A stretch of DNA of 64,000 nt. Source: Macrostomum lignano. Lineage: Eukaryota. The notes under the pieces were generated by a model that saw only the letters and a list, made by a program, of their open reading frames with translations, was not told the origin of the DNA and did no database searches. The stretch is from contig NIVC01000235.1 of NCBI GenBank assembly GCA_002269645.1, positions 106,516 through 170,515 on the forward strand. The letters are read 5' to 3'. The position numbers and the translations under genes are program-made. This document shows, one piece after another, positions 1 through 12,036 of the stretch. Position 1 is the first letter of the stretch. Each line of letters starts with the position of its first letter.

Positions 1-423
1 TTTGCCCATTCGGTTCAAGCGTCGGCATACCGCGGGTTTGGCTTGCGTGAAATGCTAAAGTAAAAAACGTACAAAAATAATTCTAATTCATCCAAGTACG
101 GCGAAGTCTACGGTTGGGGTTCTTAGCCAAGCATATTGAGCAATAAAGTATGAAACCAAGCGTACTTTTAAACTGCTTTGCGCAAAATTCATGAGAGATT
201 TTGAAAACAATCTCATTTTTCTCTTTGGCTACCAAGATACCCCTGGTAGAAAAGGTCATTATGGCTTGTAGTTCTACTGTCATGCGCTACCATACTGCAT
301 CATAATATTTCTTCTCTTCGCCTTAAAAAACGTCTTTATGATCTCGGCTTAACTACTAAGAGTAGCGAAAACTGAAATGATGTTTCCAGATTAAAATAAA
401 ACAGAACATAAACTCAATCTCAC

Positions 424-2089
424 CCGATCCATCATGTAGTTGTCAGCCTGTTGCTGGTGCTGCTGATGCTGCGGCGCCATCACCGGCTGCTGGACGGCGC
501 GGCCACGCGGGCTGCCGCCGTACTGGACGCCGAATTCCGGCCGGGGGCCGCTTGGCCGCCACGTGGGCTGCGAGGGTACCCGGCTGTGGGGAGGCGCGGC
601 CGAGACGGCAGCCATCGCCCGGCTCGACTGCGACGGCGGAACCGCTCCGTGCGGTCTGACGGAGCGGGCGCGAGGTGGGCAAAGGTGAAAGGCGAGTTGA
701 AGGCTTGGTGTCAGCCGTGGGGTTGTCAACAAAAAACAACAAAAAGAACCAGAGAAGCTAAGCGTGGCAGGATCAAAAGAGTCAGGAGCGAAGGAGAAAT
801 GTCAGAAGTGTAGCCAGGGTGTCAGGAGATGAATTAACAGTGAGACAAAAACGGCTTGGTCTCAGTGTGTCAATGGGTCGCATTTTGCAGAAAGGCTACG
901 CTTGTAAAGGCACATCCGCAAATTATGTACACATCTTCAGTGAGTTGCATGGTTTTTTGGTATGAATATCAGAAAGCTTTTTGGTCGAAATCGATTTTGA
1001 CAGCTCTCTCTTCATCATTTCCCGAGAAGTAGACTAAAAGTCAAAATGAAACTTAAGCGCCGGAATGGAGGCCGAACTGAAGCTCCGGACCAAATTTACC
1101 GCAATCGATAACTTGCCCGATCATATGACTAGAAAATGCCGAGGCATCCCATCCAGATCCCTTCCTTACGCTTCCAGTGGATCAATGAGACAAAATGAAA
1201 GTTTCATTCCTACATGTACTTGGACTCTGGAGCAGAACCCAAAGTTTGCTCAGAATCCCTCAGGATCACAAACGACCGGACAGAATCAGAAGCTTCATGG
1301 CTTCATGATGTCTGCTTTAAACTGCTTCCCTGAATTTACAGCCATGATCGGCTAGGATATTTTCTAGGGTAGGGTGTCTTGGCGTTTCCAGTCCTGCTTG
1401 AAAACTAGGGGAAAACGATTTTCCGACAGACCTGCGAATGTTGAGCAGCAGGGTGCCGCCGCTGTTCTTGATGACATCCTGCGCCTCGCTGTGCAGCATG
1501 GTCGTGGCGTCGTAGTTGTCGATACCGACCACCGTGTCGCCCCGATGGAGCTCCCCCTCCGCCGGGCTGCCGGTGAACACCTGGATGAGGGAGGAATGAA
1601 TGGATTAATCTGGTGAAGTGGCCTCCAAAGCATCTGAGAATGTGGTCTGCATCGCATCAGAGGTAAGCATGACAGACTGAATTCAGTGTAATTGATTTTA
1701 AAATTCATAACTTTCAGAAGTTCCAAAACCAGGACTGCTTAGACGTCTGGTACAAAGTCAACTCTGTCTACACTAAACTTGCAGCGTACTGATGGTAAGC
1801 GTCTTCTCAGCTCATGCTAATTAGAAATTCAAGCTCAGCCTGCTAATAAATCTTCAGAAGCAGGAGTGCGAAGATGGCGTCTTAGCTTGCCGGAGAAGTG
1901 TAAACTATCAAGTTCCATCAATGATAAACAAGTTTGTCCAAATGAGACGAAAGCAAGCTGGCTCAACAGCCAGCAGAGACTCACGCGCTGCACGGTGAGC
2001 GGAGTATGAAAATCGGCACCGCCCTGCACTCGAAAGCCCCAGGGCGTCTGCAGAGAGTCTCTGTAGAGGCGAACAGTCACTGCGGCCAT
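424..2089 (-). CDS. PDZ-domain protein, PDLIM/Zasp/Enigma-like N-terminus. Exons 2089-1985, 1580-1432 and 655-424; the gene probably continues toward or past the left edge.
   Basis: The spliced translation MAAVTVRLYRDSLQTPWGFRVQGGADFHTPLTVQR|VFTGSPAEGELHRGDTVVGIDNYDATTMLHSEAQDVIKNSGGTLLLNIR|RPHGAV... is a complete PDZ domain with the PWGFRxQGG signature of the ALP/Enigma family. GT donors at 1984, 1431 and 423 and AG acceptors at 1581 and 656 are all phase-compatible. Confidence 0.85.
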
Positions 2090-3740
2090 CTCTGCTTGAT
2101 CTCAAGCTGCTGGGGTGTCTCAATTAAATCAGACTGGCGCTGCGAGCCTTCAAACTCAGACCAGCCGCCCGCTTCACAGTCGGTGAACCCGACGCCGCGG
2201 CGAAACTTTAAATGAGAACTTCAGGGAGATTTCTCCTGCGGGCGGGCGTGGTGTCTCCCGGTGGGGCAACGGCGTCAGGTCGTCTCAGGGGTGATAACCA
2301 GTTCGAGGGATCTTGAAGAGGATCCGCGGCGATAGGGGCGCCACTAAAAAATCGGCCTGCTCTTTTTTTATGAAGAATTTTCGTATCTGGCGGAGGCTGG
2401 GGTTGGATGCAGCATCTGAGGTTCGGTGTGCGCCGCATCTCCTTGCCTCCTGGAAGCAAAATTTTTACAGCGCCGCTGCACCGCGATGCCTGTTCCGCCT
2501 CTGCTGTTCAACCAGCGAGGCTCGCGCAAACCCACTGAAACAACGCATACGCACGCACCCCAGAACACGCCCTCAGCCCTGGTTTGCAAAGTTCACTTTA
2601 GCAATTCTGGCGCAACGCTGGCTTGGGGTTGAAGGCCGCTGGATGGAGGGCAGTTGCCAGGGCTCTGGCAGGCATTCTTCAATCTGGGCGGCTGGATCTT
2701 CACCCACCCACCCTTCGTCCCCCCCCCCCGCCCAACGCAGGTCCTCACCTATCGATTCTTTTTGGCTTCCTCGCACTTTTAACGCAGTCGAATCCTCCAG
2801 CCTCCCATCTTACTGGCCCATCAGATCATGCATCCGTCCTGCCTGACAACAAGCAGCGGCCACAACAGCTGCTTCATGGTGTTCAGTAGAGCAGCGGGCG
2901 GAGAGTATGTGCGCGTCTTAAAGAGGAAGCTGGAATATTCGCGCACAAGCATCATCTAGGCTCTGTCTCCAATATCCGCATCATCAGGGGAAGGCCGCAT
3001 GTTCATAGGCAAATGTATTCCGCAGCTTTTTTTCAAATAAAATTCTTCCTTGTTCAGGCAAAAAGCACTGTGCCCTCCAGTCCAAACTTTTTTTCTGAAA
3101 TCAAGCTTCCTTAGAAACACCAAAGCGGTCGGTCACTGCCAAGCCATGCCTTCGTGATACTTGCAGTATTTTTAATTCCTTGAGAGAAATGCGTAATACA
3201 TCTGAACACCGTGCATGATTGAACAATCAAAAGTATAATTTGTTTTTCTCCGCAGCAAAGTAAACCAACTCTGAATCTAAAACTCCCGTAATCCTGTCAG
3301 TAAATCACCTGGTTGTGAAACCATAAGCTTATCTAGATGATTTTGCCATAAATATACTCAGAAACATTTTAAAAGTTGATCGCCAGGCTTTTTGCAAGTA
3401 AAAGCAACTCGGTCACTTGCCAAATGAAAGAGGCGTCATTTGCACACTTAGCTAAGGGTGACGAGTTTTCGATGTTTCTGATGTAAATTTTCCGCAAATT
3501 AAATTTGAGTGTCCATTTTACATGTATATTGTAAGTACGTACATTTACATGTACAACTAAGCTGCATGGTTAGTAGCGGAATCAGTCGATCGCAACAGCG
3601 CGCCTCGGCAGTCTTTGTCACAGCTATCAAATGAAGCGAATTTTAAATATCGTGAGTACACGGGTATGTAGTACATATCATCATAATGCCTGTGTGGCTA
3701 ATACTCGTATGACCGCAAAAGTGTGGAATAATGATATAAT

Positions 3741-3836
3741 CCATAGAAATAAAGACTTTCCGTGACAATATTTGCGTTCTCCGGGATTTTATTTGGTAAT
3801 ATTCAATAATATCCCATAAAGTCTTTATGTCTATGG
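3741..3836. repeat. Inverted repeat (19-bp arms, CCATAGA-A/C-ATAAAGACTTT)
   Basis: ccatagaaataaagacttt (3741-3759) matches the reverse complement of aaagtctttatgtctatgg (3818-3836) at 18/19 positions. Confidence 0.7.
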
Positions 3837-3845
3837 TTTATACGA

Positions 3846-3944
3846 GATTACACATGCCTTTTTCGGGAGTTATTTTCATAAATTCCTCGGGCCTCAGGCC
3901 CTCGTGATTTATACAAATAACTCCCTCAAAAGGCATGTTTAATC
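3846..3944. repeat. ~99-bp imperfect palindrome/hairpin centred on CCTCGGGCCTCAGGCCCTCG
   Basis: The left arm gattacacatgcctttttcgggagttattttcataaattcctcgggcct aligns along its length with the reverse complement of the right arm (gattaaacatgccttttgagggagttatttgtataaatcacgagggcct). Confidence 0.8.
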
Positions 3945-4266
3945 TGATACATATTCTTCTGCACTATTTTTGAGTGTTAATGTTATTACATGTAGCGCGC
4001 GGAACTAAAATAGTGCAGTAGCAAATTTAAGCATAAATTGCTATGCGCTTTCGTCTATGGCATTAGTTGACGTCGGAAGGAGTCGAGGAGGGGGGAGAGT
4101 GAGAATGGGGGTGTGGGTGTAAATAAATTTTAGTCTATGGCCCACATCGACATTAATATGTAGTTTTTTGAGCCCATAAAAAGGGAAACAGAAGGTTTAA
4201 GAGAGCTGAGTAGAAAGACAGCAGATTTGATTGCTTGCATCTTTCATTTACGCAAACGAAATCGCC

Positions 4267-5007
4267 ATGGCTGACGCAGAGCCAACTACAGTGGCAGAAG
4301 TTCTGCCTCCTCTATTTAACTACGGAGCTATGCCGAATGGTGAGATTTCAGGAGTGACATCCGGCGAGTTCGACTTGATTTGCACGTCATTCATGCCCAA
4401 GTAGACAGTCAAGATTACAGCGAATCGCTATAGATTCTCCAAGAAAAACTGCTAGAGGCTTTAGCTATCTTCATGAGTTTATGAAGAACGTCAGTGAGAA
4501 AGCAGGCCTTAGTAGGGTGTACACCAACCGCTGCATACGGTAGGTAGTTTGATCTGTGCTTTTGCCCATCATATTCATAATGTTTCTCTGTAAACACATT
4601 TATTTGCATCTAGATTAATCAGTTGCCAAATTTTCTTAAACTGCAGAGTAACTAGAGTTACTAGAGTTGCCCAGACTATCCAGGAGATCATGCTCATCAC
4701 TGGGCAAAAGTGTGAGCGAACTGTTAAGCGCTACTTATCGATGCGTCGTGATCGCAGTTTGTATAGGGCATCTCTGGCTGTGGATCAGGCGCTGAATCAT
4801 ACAGTTTCCGAAACTAATGTCAATAAGATTGTTAAGCTAGTTCGTCCAAACTCCAACCACAATAAGCGAGGCTACGTTGGAGAAATTTGCGGATGTTTAT
4901 CAAGAGCCTGTCCAGACCAACGGCGCACTACGTGTGCAGGCTGCTCCGTCAAAGAAGATGAAAGTGACGATTGGCGGCAGGCGCAATCTGATCGATATTC
5001 TTTTTGA
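4267..5007 (+). pseudogene. Crypton-like / DUF3504-type tyrosine recombinase relic, internally deleted, with an intron at 4540-4646
   Basis: 4379-4539 encodes ...DSPRKTARGFSYLHEFMKNVSEKAGLSRVYTNRCI-R. A phase-2 GT-AG intron (CG|gtaggt...ctgcag|A) joins it in frame to VTRVTRVAQTIQEIMLITGQKCERTVKRYLSMRR. This matches the animal Crypton/DUF3504 pattern MKxxSxxAGLSxxYTNHxxR...IMxxTGHxxxxSxxxY. There is an in-frame TGA at 4376 upstream and a Kozak-type gccATGG at 4267. Confidence 0.7.
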
Positions 5008-6672
5008 GTGACGTTTCTATTTAGGCCTAGTTTACCTGATTAAATACGTTTTCTTTGTTGAACAGTTTTTGATGTTTTTCTACATAAAAAAAGAAAACTT
5101 ACCCTTTGTTATTGCTTAAATTGCCGTTGCGTGTTAATGTCCAAAATTATACAATCCACAGTATACTCTGTGATACAATCTACCATCTATAGCCACAAAG
5201 AAAAAAAACGGACTCAACATATATGGATACATATATATGTACGTACGAAGCACAATATCGACACCTAGGTGTGAACTGACATGCACGAATTATCGCGTCG
5301 TCAGAAATGTCATATTTGAGATCTCATATATATTATAAAGTTAATTCGCAAACCTAGCTGTACATGTAAATCTTGTATTAGCCAATTCTATACAATGTAC
5401 TTTGATTTGAAATTTAATCATGTAATCATACGTACACCTGTACACATACATGTATCAGCATAGCATTGCAGTAAAAAAGTGTGACAAAAATTATGAACAT
5501 TATTCCGTAAAGTTTCGATTATTTCTGGATTATTTCGGATTTTATAAGTTAGAAAAATGGTCGATCATTGCTGCTCAATAAAAGTAAAACAAAAAACGAT
5601 GATTACGATGGATCTACAACCGTTCTTTAAAAATACTTAATACTTTGAACGCTTAATAAACAATTCAGTAATCTTTTTAAAAAGAGTTCACCACAAAGGA
5701 AGTATATAGAGAAACGTTTACAATCACGTGCAATGCTAAGAAAATTCAAATTGTTTTACTGTTTGTTTTCCTGCAAAAAGTTTGACCCATGATTTTAAAT
5801 TACCATGCTGCCATATCAACTTCAAATCTTTAATTTCAAATCTTGACTTTTTATTAAGATAGAATACACTTACACTTCCTTCACTTCCTTCACTTCCTTA
5901 CACTTGCTTAATATTTAATATTTGGCGCAGAATCGTACCAGTTTGAATCGTTTGATAAGAATGAAAAGGATTTACATAGTTTAACACTACTAATATTAAT
6001 AATACTAACTACTAGTTTTGTCTTTTAATCAATAGCTCTTGTTATATTAGTATTATCAAAAGCTGTAAGCTCTAGCTCTATTAGTATGGCGTAGTATAGA
6101 GCCTTGCCTAAAAATATGAGTTGCATATGGAAGCCTCACTAGTCTAGAAAAAGCATATTGACACTAAAGTCTAAAACTCTAAAGATCATTTATTATGATA
6201 TCTATAGTTGTATAGATAAAGGTTATATGGTGAATATATAGTACAGATTTCAACTAGAGATTTCAAATATACTTTTTTATATCTTCAAAGTTTGAACTTT
6301 TCATTTCTTTATAGTTTATTGATTATACCTGTATGTATATATTAGCTAAAATAGATTTTTTTATTTATTGTCTCAATGTTAATATAATGTTGTCAGTATG
6401 CATGGAATGCATCAAGGATTTTATACAAAAAAATTTTAGAGATTGGATCAGCAAAAAAGTTTTGGTTAAGTATGAAATTTTATAAATTTTCAAAGTTGGG
6501 CATTATCGTGATTATGAATGTAAAGTAAATTTCTCCTTCATTTACTATGCATATATGTATTATAAGCTTGTAATTTACAAGTGTAGAAAATACCAAAACA
6601 AGAAGACAAACCATTATATATTGAATAATAGATATTCAGTAATGCTATCAAGTCAAGAAATGTATAATATAT

Positions 6673-7720
6673 TACAAGGGGTATTGCAAAAGTTTCTAGA
6701 TTTCCTGTAGGCAAACTTTTTAATGCAATGATAACAAGGGAAATTTCTGGGTAATATTCTAAAATGATTGGTCAAAAACAGTAAGGCAACACATTATTAT
6801 GTTTTGTTAGTGTCAAGTGGAACAAAAAGCAATAATCTAAAACACGTTGCAATCAATCAGTGTCCTTTCACTATAAATCATTATACCAAAGTTCCAGCTG
6901 CCATTGATCCCTACCAATCATTATCACTATCACTGATATTATTCTTTCTGTCTGGCCTAGCACTGTTGCACTCCATATATTCACCATTAAATGCTATATT
7001 TCTGTTTCTGATAGCATTCAATCAGATTATCAAACCCAGCCTTCTAGAAGCTAGAGTCCAGCTAGTGCAGCAATGCATTAGCGGCATCAATGACCTCCTG
7101 ACATGTTGTGAAAACTTGCCCACGCATTGGTAACTTCATTGGACCGAAGAGATGGAAATTGGCAATCATGAGGTTGGGCCTATAGGCTGGGTGACTTAGC
7201 TGACAAAAGCCCAGCTCTTCTACCTTGGCGCGAGTGCAAGTAGCAGCATGCGGATGCACATTGTCCCAAAGGATAAATGGCTTCTGACGCATGATTTGGC
7301 ACTTGGATAGAATGGCAGCACGCAGTTGCTTGAGCTGGTTAATCACATAGTTGGCATTGATTGTCTGGCCTTGCGGTAGGTAATCAATGAGTAACATGCC
7401 TTGCACATCAAACCACACTATGCACATGATGTTCTGGCTTCTGGGTCCAGGCTGACTTCATGGCCTCTGTGTGTGGTAGCCATCTCTTTGGCCCCCACTG
7501 CATTGACTGCTACTTTGTCAATGGATTAAACATTGGCAGCGGCGTCTCATTCATTGTGATTATAAGCTCCTTGAACTTCTTATCACCAAGCTCGTTCCAT
7601 GCAGCCCAGTTGTCTGCCAAAAATTGCACCCATGCTTTTTGTGTTCTTCTGTCAGCTCTTGTGGCACCCACTTAGCACAAATCATTGACCAGCCGTGGCA
7701 TTGGAGAATGCGACTCACAG
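6673..7720 (-). mobile_element. Decayed mariner (Tc1/mariner DD34D) transposon
   Basis: The minus strand carries WVPQEL (7670-7653; canonical WVPHEL). ORF 7427-7062 reads VWFDVQGMLLIDYLPQGQTINANY...LWDNVHPH...HPAYRPNLMIANFHLF (canonical HPPYSPDLAPSDFHLF). Stops and frameshifts are present. A mariner-like TIR, TA|CAAGGGGTATTGCAAAAGTTTC, lies at 6673-6696; the other TIR was not found. Confidence 0.88.
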
Positions 7721-7958
7721 ACAAGTAGTAAACGCCATATCAATAAATCAAATAAAAAAGTTATAATTTAAATAAAAGAGTAAGTAGAAATTCATAACCT
7801 TATGAATAGATTTCAAGAAAATCACTATTGTGAAGAAATGACTGTGAATTCATAAAATTGTAATCACAATTGTGATTAAACCCAACTTCTAAATTTTATC
7901 CTAGTATACACTAGGCCTTTTATAATCTAAACCATAGTATAGACTATCATAGATTATT

Positions 7959-8650
7959 CAAGGACGACTTAAGTAGAAGGACGGGAAACCTCATTTCTTA
8001 GAAAAGTTTTGAAGGCACTTTTTCCCGAAAAAATACACTATAGAGATAGGAAGTTTTCATTTTTTCAGCACAAAAATTGTTATTGCGTTTGATAGGAGGC
8101 AGATCCTGTGTTCATCTTTTGATATGTTGTATTTTTTTGATCTATCAATATTTATAAAGCTTTTCGTTCAGAAAATTAGGATTCTATGTTAATTTTGTAT
8201 TCTACGTATATTTTTGCGTGTCTTGTGCTTGAAATACATTAGAATGCCACAGCTCGGCTCTTTAGCTTCATGAGTCTATTTTATCATTCTTACCCGACTG
8301 TGTAGCAAATATTTGTAACAGAGATGATAAAATAGGTTCATAAAACCAAATATTGGAGCTGTGTCATGCATTTTTGTGATTTTTAGATACAGGAAATATA
8401 CATAGAATAAGAAATTAACATAGAATCCTAATTTTCTGAACGAAAAGCTTTATAAATATCAATAGATCAAAAAAAATACAACATATCAAAAGATGAACAC
8501 AGGATCTGCCTCCTATCAAACGCAATAACAATTTTTGTGCTGAAAAACTGAAAACTTCCTATCTCCGTAGTGTATTTTTTTCGGGAAAAAGTGCCTTCAA
8601 AACTTTTCTAAGAAACGAGGTTTCCCGTCCTTCTACTTAAGTTGTCCTTG
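7959..8650. mobile_element. 692-bp non-autonomous DNA transposon (MITE) with ~250-bp TIRs and an 8-bp TSD AGATTATT (hAT- or P-type)
   Basis: 7959-~8207 (caaggacgacttaagtagaagg...) is a near-perfect reverse complement of ~8401-8650 (...ccttctacttaagttgtccttg). AGATTATT flanks both ends (7951-7958 and 8651-8658). There is no coding capacity. Confidence 0.93.
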
Positions 8651-10985
8651 AGATTATTATGTCTATAAATGTAAACTGATTTACTTATTCACAAAAAATA
8701 TTCACTAATTATATTTGTTTTTCATTAGTTATTTGAATTTATAAAAGACCTTTGTCACTAAAATAGCCAAAAATTGTCTAAAAATAGATTTGATATAAAT
8801 ATCAATATGTACTAGAGAATAGATCATGGTAGTTAGGACTTGAATAGTCTAGGAAATGACTACAATTATTGACTAGCAAGTGGACCAAGGATTATTGGAC
8901 ATGTAATCTAGGATATTGATATATGTATATAGACAATAAAATAGAGCATGGCATATTTATATTGCATATTTAATTATAAAAATATTGGTATAATCGGTTA
9001 ATATACTATTTCTATGTTGTTTCCTAGCCTGCATTTGATTGTATCTAAGCTTTTAGTTTCAATCAATCAAGGCCATATTGTAGTTGCAAAAGTTGATTAG
9101 AAAACATATATTCATATCTTTGTTATTATCATACCTATAGACAAATTTGCAGATCTAATAATAGCTTTTGCTTTATTTTCTTTTGTGCATCCTAGCTTTG
9201 CTATAGCTTTGTGCTCTTCATGCTCTTATGATTCTTTATGCTTTTGCAGTTTTTGGCCTTGTATTTGACTTACAACTTGAGGCTCTCCACTGTTTACCCC
9301 TCCTTAACCTACAATCTTAGAAAGTGACATTGGTTAGGGCCCATTTTGGATACCGTTTTTGTTCTACATTGTGCCAGATTGTCAGTTGTTGCTCCTGGGA
9401 TAAGTAGTGCTAGAGGCTTGTTGAATAGACTCTATGGTATTGATCTCATTGACAGCATTGAAGACCTGCCCCAACAAAGTGACCAAGACATCTATACTAG
9501 CATTTGTAATGCAGGCAGTTGCCATTTAAATCCTATATGGAGATATGAAAGATCTGTAAGATTGTCATGCTGATTCTGGGCACTGCAGTCTTCAATCTGC
9601 TGGTTAAAATATATGGCTTGTTTAAAATTATTAGTAAACTTTAACAATTTTTAATACTTTAGTTATTTATAATGCAAGTTTTAATTAGAATTTGATTATT
9701 TATGACATGTGTTTTTATTAGCTTGTTTTACCCTATAAAGTGTTGATGATGTTTGCTAACAAAGGCATATCCATTTCTTGCTTTAAACTATCAACAGTTG
9801 TGTTTTTAGAATTGAAGGTACATGGAATTCTAGTTCAATGTTAGATAAAATTAGAATCTTAGAATCCAATGTAAAACATTGAGAGTTGAGAATAATTACT
9901 AGAGCATTCCAGATTGAATTCTATTAACTGTAAAGCATACAGTGCTGTCTGTAGCTGACCCTATTTGACTTGCTTCTTGAGACAAAACAGTGCTTAGCTT
10001 GACTCCTGCTCATAGAAATGAGTGACAGCAAATATAGAAGAATAGCCGCCACCCTTTGCTGCTTCCTTCTGCTCCGGCTTGCCACTTGAACTGGTCGTTG
10101 TGCTGTCCCCTGTCCCTGTCTGTGCAAACACGGCTTGGCCTTCCATTTTCAGCCGGCAGTATAAGTAGCGAGTACTTGCTGCTCCTTTCCTGCTTCTTTG
10201 TGACTGCCGTGGCAGGGGCAACACAGTTGCTAGAAAAGGCAGAAGACGCCAAGGACGGAAATGGCGGGCTAGCTAAGGAGAGAAACTGGTCAAGCTTGGC
10301 TTCGACTGGACACTGCTGCAATATTTGAGTCCCCATTTCCATTCTTGTCTGCCGCATTCCGTTCCGGGCTGCGTGGGCGGGCTGAAGCCAAGCCAGGTCA
10401 GGCAGAATTCCAGCATTTTCCCCGGCAAGACTGCCAGAACCTCCTACGATATATTTATATCGGTCTTCCTCATCATAGCCGGAATATGGCATTTGCTCAT
10501 GCGTTTTGTTCAGAATCTAGTATAGGGCTCTTGGCCACTCTCCTTTAGCCTTGGTTGATGCCTGTGTGAGATGCTGCGCCATGTCTGTTACTGCCGCTTC
10601 CGCTGCTGGCCTACTCTAAAGGATGCTATTTTTAGAAGCAACTGTGTTTATTTGGAATTGGAGATTCAGTGCTTCAATCAAGCCTAAAAAATTCTACTGA
10701 AGCCTTGTCGCTACAATAAAGCAGCGATTTTTTCCATTGACAGGCTTCTTGAAGTTGTTTTCGTTGGAAATTTGCTGCGCGCAATTAAAAGACTAATTTT
10801 CATTGCTAGGTGCTTCGGCAAAAAAATAGAAAATCTGAACAAAATCGGTCACCTTAAGGCATTGCGGTTCGGTGCTCCTTGTGCCCTCTATTTGAACCCC
10901 ACTTTGTCTAGTACGCTCGTAATAGTGCAATCAGTGCAGTATTCTGGCAGTGTAAATTGAAGCATTGAAATTGAAGCAAGGTAAA

Positions 10986-11640
10986 ATATCAGCTGCAGCA
11001 GCCACCCAGCACTCAGAATGCCACAGTTCCCAATATCAGCTGCAGCAGCCACCCAGCACTCAGAATGCCACAGTCCCCAATATCAGCTGCAGCAGCCACC
11101 CAGCACTCAGAATGCCACAGTCCCCAATATCAGCTGCAGCAGCCACCCAGCACTCAGAATGCCACAGTCCCCAATATCAGCTGCAGCAGCCACCCAGCAC
11201 TCAGAATGCCACAGTCCCCAATATCAGCTGCAGCAGTCACCCAGCACTCAAGATGCCACAGTCCCCAATATCAGCTGCAGCAGCCACCCAGCACTCAGAA
11301 TGCCACAGTTCCCAATATCAGCTGCAGCAGCCACCCAGCACTCAGAATGCCACAGTTCCCAATATCAGCTGCAGCAGCCACCCAGCACTCAGAATGCCAC
11401 AGTTCCCAATATCAGCTGCAGCAGCCACCCAGCACTCAAGATGCCACAGTCCCCAATATCAGCTGCAGCAGCCACCCAGCACTCAGAATGCCACAGTCCC
11501 CAATATCAGCTGCAGCAGCCACCCAGCACTCAGAATGCCACAGTCCCCAATATCAGCTGCAGCAGCCACCCAGCACTCAGAATGCCACAGTCCCCAATAT
11601 CAGCTGCAGCAGTCACCCAGCACTCAGAATGCCACAGTCA
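10986..11640. repeat. 47-bp minisatellite, ~14 copies (AATATCAGCTGCAGCAGCCACCCAGCACTCAGAATGCCACAGTCCCC)
   Basis: The tandem unit is directly visible. It has no stop triplet on the plus strand, which explains the 208-234 aa ORFs in all three frames. Confidence 0.97.
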
Positions 11641-11695
11641 ATGACAGATGCCAATTACGTTAAGCAAATAAACATTGCAGCCCAGTATCAGGGTG

Positions 11696-11703
11696 TGACG
11701 TCA
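11696..11703. promoter_or_regulatory. Perfect palindromic CRE (TGACGTCA) ~60 bp upstream of the CDK exon-1A ATG
   Basis: The sequence gtgTGACGTCActt occurs at 11696-11703. Function is not demonstrated. Confidence 0.35.
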
Positions 11704-11765
11704 CTTGGGCTGTTTCGCAACCCAGAGCGAGCAGCCAGCAGCCTCCCAGCTCAGAGACTCCCGAG

Positions 11766-12036
11766 ATGAAGAAGCTGCGCCGCCAGCTGTCCGGCTTGGC
11801 GAAGCGGCGCCATGCGCCCAGCTTGTCGGCGCTGTCCGAGACAGACGCCGGGGACTCTGCCGTCTTCCAGCATCAGCAGCAGCTGCATCATCAGCAGCAG
11901 CATTATCCGCGCTCGGCTTCCGCCATCTCTCCATCCTCGGACTCGGCGGGTTCGCTGGCTCCAGAGGAGCGGGCGAGGTCGCGGACCTGCACAGATTTGG
12001 AGCAAATCTACGCCATGCCTTCTGGCGCCGCCGTCT
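11766..12036 (+). CDS. CDK16/17/18: PCTAIRE CDK, candidate first coding exon 1A
   Basis: MKKLRRQLSGLAKRR resembles the PCTAIRE N-terminus (MKKxKRxLS). The exon ends at T|GTGAGT (12037) in phase 1, compatible with the acceptor at 30079. Confidence 0.75.

Noticed and set aside
2313-2889. Possible plus-strand gene divergent from the PDZ gene
   Set aside because: The region is GC-rich with candidate acceptors, but I found no consistent exon chain or recognisable domain.
10010-10492. 160-aa minus-strand ORF
   Set aside because: No recognisable motif or splice structure, and an in-frame stop just upstream. It may be decayed transposon sequence, but I cannot support a call.
10965-11769. Three 208-234 aa Gln/Ser/Pro-rich ORFs
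   Set aside because: They are artefacts of the stop-free 47-bp unit, which is not a multiple of 3 and so cycles through frames.
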